Of a stretch of 24,673 nucleotides of DNA, positions 16,597 to 23,824 are shown in pieces (position 1 is the stretch's first letter; every line of letters begins with the position of its first letter). Source of the DNA: a virus (Duplodnaviria; Caudoviricetes). The notes under the pieces were generated by a model. The model ran no database searches and was not told the DNA's origin. It saw only the letters and a list, made by a program, of their open reading frames with translations. Made by a program: the position numbers and the translations under genes. The stretch is taken from the IMG/VR virus record IMGVR_UViG_3300020042_013343, positions 1-24,673 of that record; one strand, 5' to 3'.

Positions 16597-17382
16597 ATGA
16601 CTAGAATTCAAGTATTACAAGACGCAAGAGCAGAGTGGGTAGAAAAACTTAATGCTGCTAAAGAAACAACAAGTGAGATCTACGCAAGAGAGCAGAATGC
16701 AATCAAAGATGTATTACTTCCTTTCTTTGAAGATTTCAGTGAAGGAGTAATAGTAGAAGTACAAAGAGGATCCGTATACTTTAAAATGTTTGATCCTGAA
16801 AGAGGATATAATAAAGAGATCTTCAGTTTGTATTTGAAAGAAGATTGGAGTGGTGATAGATCTTTCAGAGGAGTTAGTATTTCATACTACACAACTTCAA
16901 CAAATGGTGAAGATACCTGGGAATTGGAAAGATTATTTTTATTAGGAAAGGTAGCAGGAATAGTTAGATGGAAGCAGGATGAAATAGTTGATGCTGCTAA
17001 TAAAGTTAAGCCTGTTTTCAAAGAAGAGTACGAAGTTGCATTCCAGTTACAGAATATGATCAGCACTGCAATCAGTGATATTGATAATAAGATTAGAAGA
17101 TTGACCAGGGAGAGAGTTGAGTTTGATCTCAAGAATGATAGAGTTGAATTTACTGAGGGAAGGAATATTGATTTGAAGTATAATTATTCTCCTAGAGTAA
17201 TATCAATTAAGTTGATCGACTTCAGTAAGAGTGGAAAGAAGGCTACAGCAGTGTTTGAATTTGCACATGGTGGGCATACAAGTAGAGAAGAAAATTGCAG
17301 TGTTGAGAAGATAGTAGACCAGGTTACTTACTACTACCCCAACTACGCCAAAGATACCAAGAGGGAGTTGTTACCCTCTTAG
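16597..17382 (+). CDS. Hypothetical protein (helical/coiled-coil segments)
   Basis: 261 aa; conserved leader. Confidence 0.8.
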   Translation: MTRIQVLQDARAEWVEKLNAAKETTSEIYAREQNAIKDVLLPFFEDFSEGVIVEVQRGSVYFKMFDPERGYNKEIFSLYLKEDWSGDRSFRGVSISYYTTSTNGEDTWELERLFLLGKVAGIVRWKQDEIVDAANKVKPVFKEEYEVAFQLQNMISTAISDIDNKIRRLTRERVEFDLKNDRVEFTEGRNIDLKYNYSPRVISIKLIDFSKSGKKATAVFEFAHGGHTSREENCSVEKIVDQVTYYYPNYAKDTKRELLPS

Positions 17383-17395
17383 TTTTAATTATTGA
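17382..17395 (-). repeat. Inverted copy of the conserved leader (GTTTTAATTATTGA)
   Basis: Exact reverse complement of TCAATAATTAAAAC (for example 17501-17514). Confidence 0.85.
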
Positions 17396-17430
17396 CCAAA
17401 GAGAGAGCTACCTTAGGGTGGCTCTTTTGG
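17396..17430 (+). terminator. Intrinsic terminator-like hairpin
   Basis: GAGAGCTACC-TTAG-GGTGGCTCTT-TT; extendable with CCAAA/TTTGG. Confidence 0.7.
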
Positions 17431-17522
17431 GTTATAAAATAATTTGAAAATAATTGTAAAAAAAGTTGCACCACTTGTATTAATTGAGTATCTTTAGGTA
17501 TCAATAATTAAAACAACAAATC

Positions 17523-17705
17523 ATGACAACAATTAATTCTTACTTTGCAGACAAATTCCCTCACATTAACCTTCAGGGATTAGATCAATCAGTGGTTAGT
17601 GACTTTATGTCCAATACTTACTTAATAGGTTTAGACTTTCCTGAACAAATGGAATGCCTTGCAGATTATATAGTTGCAAATGACTTAACTGAAGTATCAC
17701 TTTAA
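17523..17705 (+). CDS. Hypothetical cassette protein
   Basis: 60 aa; conserved leader. Confidence 0.72.
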   Translation: MTTINSYFADKFPHINLQGLDQSVVSDFMSNTYLIGLDFPEQMECLADYIVANDLTEVSL

Positions 17706-17717
17706 AAACAACAAATC

Positions 17718-18143
17718 ATGACAAAATTATTCAGAGACGTAGATTATTACGTAGTGCAGGCTTCTAACAGCACACAGAGAGAATTTGAATTAGACTTCGC
17801 AGATGTTATAGAGGTCTATGATACAAATTCTATAACACTAACTACTGAAGATAGGAGAGAGGTAGTTATTAGTTGGGATGAGAAAGGTTATTTTAAATCT
17901 TACTTCGTACAGGAAGAAACAATACTAATGAGGTCACATCCTGGGATGGTAGAAGAGATCATTGCAATGTTACAGCATATAGATGTTGATGGAGAAACAC
18001 TACAGTACATTATTGAGAAAGTTGGAATGACAGATCAGATGTTAAGACAACTAGTAATGAATAATCCTTACACTGACACTTCAGATCTATTGAAGGAGAA
18101 AGTAGAACAAGACAATAAGTTAGTAGGAAGAGTTAATAATTAA
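17718..18143 (+). CDS. Hypothetical protein
   Basis: 141 aa; partial leader AAAAACAACAAATC-ATG without a promoter. Confidence 0.78.
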   Translation: MTKLFRDVDYYVVQASNSTQREFELDFADVIEVYDTNSITLTTEDRREVVISWDEKGYFKSYFVQEETILMRSHPGMVEEIIAMLQHIDVDGETLQYIIEKVGMTDQMLRQLVMNNPYTDTSDLLKEKVEQDNKLVGRVNN

Positions 18144-18155
18144 AACATATACATC

Positions 18156-18338
18156 ATGAGGTATTTAAACTACAAATCAAATTACGGAGTTGAAACAGTA
18201 GATTGTTTGGATCAGAAAGATTTTATCTTCTACAGCGATTTCAGAAAAGAATTAATAAGACTTTTGAACGAGCATCGTTTGGCTGGAATGGATGTTTATG
18301 TTAGTCAAAGATGTACAAAAGATTTTAAAAATAATTAG
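18156..18338 (+). CDS. Hypothetical protein
   Basis: 60 aa; leader TTAATAATTAAAAC without a promoter. Confidence 0.72.
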   Translation: MRYLNYKSNYGVETVDCLDQKDFIFYSDFRKELIRLLNEHRLAGMDVYVSQRCTKDFKNN

Positions 18339-18403
18339 TAAAAAAGTTGCACACAAAGTAAAAAAAGAGTATCTTTAAGTATTAATAATTAAAACAACAA
18401 ATC

Positions 18404-18778
18404 ATGAAAAAAGAATTAGTATTACAATCAGTTGAGAATTCAGTTAGTTCAATCTTCACTAAAGAAGATGTTATCAATCTTATCAATTCAATTGAAGAAG
18501 GATCAAGTAGAAAAATTACTCCGTACGATATTGGACGTGCGATTGATAAAACTATTGATTGGATTGAAAATAATCAAGATAATATAGTATGTTTAGATGA
18601 TGCTGAGTTTGAACTCTCTTACGACAATAGAATAGAATGTACGGGAGTAGGATTTTGTACTGACGAGATTAGAGAGGCATTAGAAAATAACTTCATGGAC
18701 TTTGGAGAAGCAGAAGTTGAAGAAGATGATGTAGTTGAGATTGAAAGAGCAGAAACTTCAGAGGAAAATGAATTGTAA
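18404..18778 (+). CDS. Acidic hypothetical protein
   Basis: 124 aa, D/E-rich; conserved leader. Confidence 0.8.
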   Translation: MKKELVLQSVENSVSSIFTKEDVINLINSIEEGSSRKITPYDIGRAIDKTIDWIENNQDNIVCLDDAEFELSYDNRIECTGVGFCTDEIREALENNFMDFGEAEVEEDDVVEIERAETSEENEL

Positions 18779-18786
18779 AAAAAGTT

Positions 18787-18806
18787 GCCTCTTCGGAGGC
18801 TTCTTT
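18787..18806 (+). terminator. UUCG terminator hairpin inside the promoter spacer
   Basis: GCCTC-TTCG-GAGGC-TTCTTT. Confidence 0.75.
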
Positions 18807-18846
18807 GTATCTTTAGTCATTATTAATAATTAAAACATATAACATC

Positions 18847-19047
18847 ATGGAAAAGTTTTTCGAAGAGCAGTTTAAAATGTTGAACAGAGGATTAGTTGCA
18901 ACTCCAAATTCAAGAGAAGATCTTGAAGCATTTGCAAAAGCCAATCAAGGTTCAATGGACATCTTGTTAATGCAAATGGCAATCAACTTTGGATATAAGA
19001 TCGCACTAGAGAATGTTCAGGAACATCTAGAGAAGGAGGTAGCGTAG
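18847..19047 (+). CDS. Hypothetical cassette protein
   Basis: 66 aa; conserved leader. Confidence 0.75.
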   Translation: MEKFFEEQFKMLNRGLVATPNSREDLEAFAKANQGSMDILLMQMAINFGYKIALENVQEHLEKEVA

Positions 19048-19284
19048 ATGGCTGAACAAGATATAAAAGGTAAGTGGACTTTGAGAGCTCCGAATAATAT
19101 TCCCAAGAGCTCTCTCCCTATGTTAGGGATGGTGTATGAAGGTACAAACAAATACTTTGGTGGTCAAGTTGTTGGAATATTAATCCAACTTCACCAAGAG
19201 AATGATGAAGCTGTGCTACAGATGAAAGGAAATAGCCTAGTCTCTGTTGATATAAAAAGTTTAAAAGTAGTTGTCTCGAGTTAA
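19048..19284 (+). CDS. Hypothetical protein
   Basis: 78 aa; abuts the upstream stop codon. Confidence 0.68.
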   Translation: MAEQDIKGKWTLRAPNNIPKSSLPMLGMVYEGTNKYFGGQVVGILIQLHQENDEAVLQMKGNSLVSVDIKSLKVVVSS

Positions 19285-19329
19285 TTAATTTAGTATCTTT
19301 AGGTATTAATAATTAAAACATATAACATT

Positions 19330-19926
19330 ATGAGAACAGTAGAAGTACGATTATTCAGTTTCAGTGAATTATCACCAACAGCTAAGCAAGTAGTATTAGA
19401 CAACTACAGAGACATCCACACACAGTTCGATGATTGGAGTGAGCCTATCCAAGAAGGTTTTAGAGAGAAGGCCACTGAAGCAGGATTCGAAATAGAAGAT
19501 ATATTCTTCTCTGGTTTCTGGTCCCAAGGTAGTGGTGCAATGTTTACCTACAGCAGATTCAATGATAGTATGTTAAAGAACTTTGTTGCTCAACTTACAA
19601 TCAAAGAAGAGGACAAAGTAATTATACTATCACAAGGAGATACATGTGGTAAAGGAATACACAGAGGACACTACTACCATGAGAATAGTTGTGACCATTA
19701 TAGTATGCTGGATAGTACTAATCCTGATTGGGAGTACGCTACGGATCTAATCTCTCAACATGAAGATGCCTTTGGGCAGTATGTGATTGATACTTACAAA
19801 GATCTTTGCAGAGAGTTGTATAGTGATCTAGAGAAGTATTACGAAGAGCTTACAAGTGATGAAGCTGTCCAGGAGTACATCGAAGAGAATGATTATGAGT
19901 TTACTGAGGATGGTTCAATCTATTAA
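19330..19926 (+). CDS. FSGFWSQGxGA / HYYHE family protein (paralog 2)
   Basis: Colinear similarity to 13089-13694 along its full length. Confidence 0.75.
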   Translation: MRTVEVRLFSFSELSPTAKQVVLDNYRDIHTQFDDWSEPIQEGFREKATEAGFEIEDIFFSGFWSQGSGAMFTYSRFNDSMLKNFVAQLTIKEEDKVIILSQGDTCGKGIHRGHYYHENSCDHYSMLDSTNPDWEYATDLISQHEDAFGQYVIDTYKDLCRELYSDLEKYYEELTSDEAVQEYIEENDYEFTEDGSIY

Positions 19927-19933
19927 AATAATT

Positions 19934-19963
19934 AAGCGAGGCTGTTGTCTCGCTTTCTTTTTT
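19934..19963 (+). terminator. Terminator hairpin fused to the promoter
   Basis: AAGCGAGGC-TGTT-GTCTCGCTT followed by a T-tract. Confidence 0.75.
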
Positions 19964-20003
19964 GTAGTATCTTTAGATATCAATAATTAAAACAAGATAC
20001 ATT

Positions 20004-20279
20004 ATGACAAGACAACAATTTTTATCAGGAGTACATTTTACATTAGGATCAGCAAGAAGAGGAGATTCAACTTACAACTACGACGGAAGTGAAAAGGCAG
20101 GTCACATCTCAAGACAGATAAGATCTGCAGTAGATAAAAGAATAGTCCTAGATGATTACGAATGTAACATAAGTAAGATAGGTAGAGTAGGTTTTACAGG
20201 GATTACTTTTGTAATGGGTAAGAAGGTATTGGTTAAACATAGGTTTGCGGACTTAGTAATTTTTGAAGAGGGAGTCTAA
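20004..20279 (+). CDS. Hypothetical cassette protein (last of the array)
   Basis: 91 aa; conserved leader. Confidence 0.78.
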   Translation: MTRQQFLSGVHFTLGSARRGDSTYNYDGSEKAGHISRQIRSAVDKRIVLDDYECNISKIGRVGFTGITFVMGKKVLVKHRFADLVIFEEGV

Positions 20280-20296
20280 CGACTCTCTTTTTTTTT
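20268..20296 (+). terminator. Intrinsic terminator closing the array
   Basis: GAGGGAGTC-TAAC-GACTCTC followed by T9; the stop codon lies in the loop. Confidence 0.82.
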
Positions 20297-20636
20297 GGAC
20301 TTGGAGAGGTGAGCTCGAGGTGATATCACTGTGATGTCAATTTGAAATAAGTTTGATCGTTTATTTCATGCAACGGTTTTCCACGTCGGTTTTCCAGAGT
20401 ACATAGATTAGTGTATTTCTGATAAAAATTAAGATAAAGGGATATATATTTATATACTGTAATGAAATTAAACAAGATGTGGTTATGACCCATACCTCCT
20501 ACTCCAACTTTTTCAAGTTGCGCCTACTATACACTGTTCGACCCTTCGTTGCATAGCATCAAGTTGTTGTCCTGTTATTGTATACTACAGTTGCTACATT
20601 AAGCAAAATTACCACCTATACCCCTTATCTCAATGT
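20297..20636 (-). ncRNA. Candidate non-coding RNA or regulatory region
   Basis: No ORF in the track; minus-strand promoter at 20641-20671; CAACUU-GAAA-AAGUUG hairpin on the minus strand. The 3' end is unknown. Confidence 0.35.
20371..20397 (-). repeat. Two inverted copies of the GGAAAACCG motif
   Basis: Reverse complement is CTGGAAAACCGACGTGGAAAACCGTTG, matching TGGAAAACCGA in block 2. Confidence 0.7.
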
Positions 20637-20640
20637 ATAT

Positions 20641-20671
20641 TTAATATACAACTTTTTTGGTTTTTTTGCAA
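20641..20671 (-). promoter_or_regulatory. Minus-strand promoter TTG-N20-TATATTAA
   Basis: Reverse complement GTTG-caaaaaaaccaaaaaagttg-TATATTAA, 20-nt spacer. Confidence 0.55.
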
Positions 20672-20732
20672 CAATGGTGTAAAAATTTTTTGGAAAAATT
20701 TTGATTATATAAACAGTATATATTTATATAAG

Positions 20733-21140
20733 ATGAAGAAGCTTAGTAGTGCAGATTTATTTAATATATTTTCCCAGCAAGACCACGAGGTATTTGCCGA
20801 TAACGGTATGGTTGAAGAAATAGATAACGACTTTATTACTTTTGGCACTATATTAATAGGGATGCGTAATTATCAAATCCTTGACAATATTTATAGGTAT
20901 CGCTATGAGGAACAGTACGATAGCGTTAAAGATCAGTTGCAATTGAAGTATTTTGACTCTGTTATGAGATATGCCAGTAGAATCGATCAATTAAGCTTAG
21001 ATACGGTAAATGACCTCAATGATGAGTTTGGAAAACAAGAGATAGTAGGTATGTTAAATTATTTAATACAGTTTTACCAACAACAAGAGCATTACGAAAA
21101 GTGTGCAGTTATTTTTAAACTTTTACAAAAATTTATGTAA
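20733..21140 (+). CDS. Hypothetical protein with C-terminal ExYEKCA (UVR-like) helix
   Basis: 135 aa; QEHYEKCAVI. Confidence 0.7.
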   Translation: MKKLSSADLFNIFSQQDHEVFADNGMVEEIDNDFITFGTILIGMRNYQILDNIYRYRYEEQYDSVKDQLQLKYFDSVMRYASRIDQLSLDTVNDLNDEFGKQEIVGMLNYLIQFYQQQEHYEKCAVIFKLLQKFM

Positions 21141-21146
21141 AAAAAG

Positions 21147-21177
21147 TTGCTATGTAATGTATAATTGTGTATATTTA
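21147..21177 (+). promoter_or_regulatory. Promoter TTG-N20-TATATTTA
   Basis: AAAAAGTTGC then TATATTTA at 21170. Confidence 0.7.
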
Positions 21178-21202
21178 TGTATAATTTAAAAACAAAAAGG
21201 TT

Positions 21203-21400
21203 ATGGGAACATTAATTTTAAACATTTTAATCCAATACGGTGCTATTGGATTTATTTGCGCAGCAATTGTAGATTTTACAATTCGTACAACAAGGTCGAG
21301 TGAACCATTCACTCTTACAGAGATCTTAGGGACTGTTATTGCTTGGCCCCTAATACTAGGTGCTTTTTTAACTTCTATGTTTGAAGATTTTTTCAACTAA
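21203..21400 (+). CDS. Small 2-TM membrane protein
   Basis: Two hydrophobic segments. Confidence 0.7.
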   Translation: MGTLILNILIQYGAIGFICAAIVDFTIRTTRSSEPFTLTEILGTVIAWPLILGAFLTSMFEDFFN

Positions 21401-21416
21401 AAAAAATATAACGGTT

Positions 21417-22049
21417 ATGTTTAAAGATAAGATAAGCCTTTCGCAGGCCATGTCTCTTGAATTAATAGGAGAGATTATAATTGTTGATTGTTCACCAGAG
21501 TCTATTTTACCTTACCCTAAGGTAGGAAAAACTTGGAAGGAAAACTTCATCAAGCTTCAATCAAAGCATAGGCATATATCTCCAGATAAACTCCTTACCT
21601 TTCTATCGGCAAAATACCTTATAGAGGTTGCTGAGGGTATAGTAGATAAAGATGCTAATACTTACTCGTGGAGATACTTTCACGGTATAGAAAATTCCAA
21701 GATTTTAGACAAGTCAAAAGATAATATCGAGTATGTGTATATCCTAGTAAATGCAGGGTATCCAAACCTTGTTAAGATAGGAATGACAATTACAACAGTT
21801 GATGCCAGAGTAACGGGATTAAACGCCTCTAGTACGGTAGATGAATGGGTTGCAAAATTTGCTTTACCTGTTGAAAAGGGATCGGCGTATAAAGTGGAGC
21901 AGGCCGTGCATGCTTTCTTTGCCTCGCAAAGGGTTTCGTCGGATCAAGGAGGTTCTCGAGAATTCTTTGAAGTAAATCTATTAACAGCTTTTGATAAAGT
22001 AAGGGAAATAGGAGCGATGTTTGCCGTAGGGAATCCAATTGTTTATTAA
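21417..22049 (+). CDS. T5orf172 (GIY-YIG-like) domain protein (start revised to 21417)
   Basis: YVYILVN...LVKIGMT...R...EQAVH...REFF. Confidence 0.8.
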   Translation: MFKDKISLSQAMSLELIGEIIIVDCSPESILPYPKVGKTWKENFIKLQSKHRHISPDKLLTFLSAKYLIEVAEGIVDKDANTYSWRYFHGIENSKILDKSKDNIEYVYILVNAGYPNLVKIGMTITTVDARVTGLNASSTVDEWVAKFALPVEKGSAYKVEQAVHAFFASQRVSSDQGGSREFFEVNLLTAFDKVREIGAMFAVGNPIVY

Positions 22050-22106
22050 GGGATTTTGTAAAATTGCGCGGTGTTAAAACTTTTTTAAAAATATTTCGCC
22101 GTTTTG

Positions 22107-22137
22107 TTGCTTACCTCGTTTTTTGTTAGTATCTTTA
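22107..22137 (+). promoter_or_regulatory. Promoter TTG-N20-TATCTTTA
   Basis: TTG 22107, TATCTTTAGGTAT at 22130. Confidence 0.75.
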
Positions 22138-22160
22138 GGTATAATTAAAAAAATCACATT

Positions 22161-22814
22161 ATGAAACAGATTAAATTTTTATTCTTACTAGTAATATCTT
22201 TATTAGTTTTTAGTTGTACTCCTGATGAGGTTGTACCTAATGTTTGTTTAAACGGAGATTGTGGTGCTGAGTTTTGGATTGATACACAAGGTCACCCTGG
22301 AACTTATCAAGATGCTCAAGGGGTTTGGCATATTAAGCATGCAAATTTAGACTACTTTACAGTGAAGGGTAGAATAAATCAATTAGATCCTCACTATGTT
22401 ATTAATGGAGTTCCTTTAATATCTACAGGTTTTGATTCTAATTTATTCTATACCTTAGGAAATGTAATTTGGACCTACCCTGTATATTCCTACTTAGGAC
22501 TTTGGTCAAGTAGTCAAATGAATACACCTATTCCAGTAGGTACTCAAACGTATACATTCCCTCAGTTAGTTCAACAATCTACTATATTAAATTTAGCAGG
22601 GTACGAAATACAACGCAATCCTAATGCTAATGTTAATCACCCTGCATATAAAACATATTTTGCTACATATAGCAGCTATACTTACACTCCTCAACAAAGC
22701 ATGGTATTCTTTGATGATTTAGAAGGAAAGACAGCTATAATTTATATAGAGGTTACATTGGGAGAAAATAAGGAAACTATTAGAAAAGAGTTGAAAATAT
22801 CACTAGAACCTTAG
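22161..22814 (+). CDS. Lipoprotein
   Basis: Basic N-terminus, hydrophobic core, lipobox-like VFSC, followed by TPDE. Confidence 0.75.
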   Translation: MKQIKFLFLLVISLLVFSCTPDEVVPNVCLNGDCGAEFWIDTQGHPGTYQDAQGVWHIKHANLDYFTVKGRINQLDPHYVINGVPLISTGFDSNLFYTLGNVIWTYPVYSYLGLWSSSQMNTPIPVGTQTYTFPQLVQQSTILNLAGYEIQRNPNANVNHPAYKTYFATYSSYTYTPQQSMVFFDDLEGKTAIIYIEVTLGENKETIRKELKISLEP

Positions 22815-22912
22815 GCTGTTGTTTCTTTAAAAAAAAAGTGGTAACTTCTTCCTATAAGCCCTTAAAGAAAAAAAGGGATATAAAAAAAATAGTAATTAAT
22901 AAAAATAAAAAA

Positions 22913-23086
22913 ATGAGAAACAAAAATTTATTCGAACAAAAATTAGAAAGATTCGAAGCAGAAGTAAAAAACATAGGGTATAATATTCATAGAAATGAAT
23001 TGAGTACTGCTTATGAATTAGTAGAAACTTTATTAGAAAAAATAGGGGATCTTAGAACTTTACTAAATACCGAACATCAAGACTAA
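22913..23086 (+). CDS. Small helical hypothetical protein (start revised from 22838)
   Basis: ATG 22913 after an A-rich leader; TAATG coupling to the HD gene. Confidence 0.65.
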   Translation: MRNKNLFEQKLERFEAEVKNIGYNIHRNELSTAYELVETLLEKIGDLRTLLNTEHQD

Positions 23087-23823
23087 TGAATCTAACAGCA
23101 GAGCAAATACAAAAGAATTGGGATAAACATCTCAAAATTGTAGATACTTTTATAACAGGAGAACGTAAAGAGAAGTTAAAAGCTCTTTACGTTTCCTTGG
23201 CTGATACTATGGTCTTAGCTCCTGCTTCTGGTAAACCTTCTTTTCATAATGCTTTTCCTGGAGGGTATATTGATCATGTTAATCGTGTGGTTCATTGTGC
23301 TTTAAAAACTAAGCAGCTATGGGAAGAGATGGGATCTACTATTGATTTTACAGATGAAGAATTAGTTTTTGCAGCTCTTAATCATGACTTAGGTAAAATA
23401 GGAACTCCTGACCAAGCATATTATCTCCCTCAGACTGATAAATGGAGACAAGATAAATTAGGAGAGATTTATACTCATAACAAAGACTTATCTTATATGT
23501 TAATTCAAGATAGATCTCTATTTACTCTTCAGCAAAATCAGATACCTGTTTCAGAAAAAGAGTATTTAGCAATTAAATTACATGATGGATTATATGATGA
23601 TGTTAATAAACCGTATTACATATCATTCAATCCAGATTCAAAATTAAGAACTAATTTAGTTTATATTTTACATCAAGCAGATTTTCTAGCATCTAAAATA
23701 GAATATGATACTTGGAAAGCCTCAGGACAGGTTCAAGAACCTAAAGTAGAGAAAACAAAATCTTCCACAGGTAAAACAGTCAATGCCTCAGAAGGATTAA
23801 TGAGTTTAGTAAAAAATATTTAA
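23086..23823 (+). CDS. HD-domain phosphohydrolase (YhaM/Cbf1-like HD domain)
   Basis: APAS...HNAFPGG..DH, NHDLGK, LHDG and LHQAD motifs. Confidence 0.85.
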   Translation: MNLTAEQIQKNWDKHLKIVDTFITGERKEKLKALYVSLADTMVLAPASGKPSFHNAFPGGYIDHVNRVVHCALKTKQLWEEMGSTIDFTDEELVFAALNHDLGKIGTPDQAYYLPQTDKWRQDKLGEIYTHNKDLSYMLIQDRSLFTLQQNQIPVSEKEYLAIKLHDGLYDDVNKPYYISFNPDSKLRTNLVYILHQADFLASKIEYDTWKASGQVQEPKVEKTKSSTGKTVNASEGLMSLVKNI

Positions 23824-23824
23824 T

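Larger units (their letters stand above)
10916..19995 (+). repeat. Dispersed promoter-plus-leader repeat (20 copies): GTTG-N20-TATCTTTA, usually followed by RGTATYAATAATTAAAAA/C and an ATG about 10 nt later
   Basis: TTG at 10916, 11576, 12036, 12316, 12684, 13029, 13700, 14004, 14294, 14665, 15003, 15301, 15922, 16294, 16538, 17466, 18347, 18785, 19271, 19945. All have a 20-nt spacer (variants TATCTTCG at 12059, GATCTTTA at 12339). The 10916 copy lacks the leader. Confidence 0.93.

Noticed and set aside
17349-17356. Minus-strand TATCTTTG (canonical -7 box) at the end of the 16597 gene
   Set aside because: No TTG at the 20-nt spacing seen in all other copies
10916-19995. Dispersed repeat as a CRISPR array or integron attC array
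   Set aside because: The intervening segments are whole genes of variable length. The repeat has promoter geometry rather than attC or CRISPR structure, and no cas or integrase gene is in the window.
1255-22038. Minus-strand ORFs in the track (1255, 3198, 4209, 4578, 4721, 7443, 8639, 8889, 9509, 16887, 21175, 21829) and plus-strand 15781-15963
   Set aside because: Shadows of well-supported plus-strand genes, without leaders or recognisable motifs
22819-22849. Possible promoter TTG-N20-TAACTTCT before 22913
   Set aside because: Correct spacing, but a poor -7 match and no GGTAT; too weak to call
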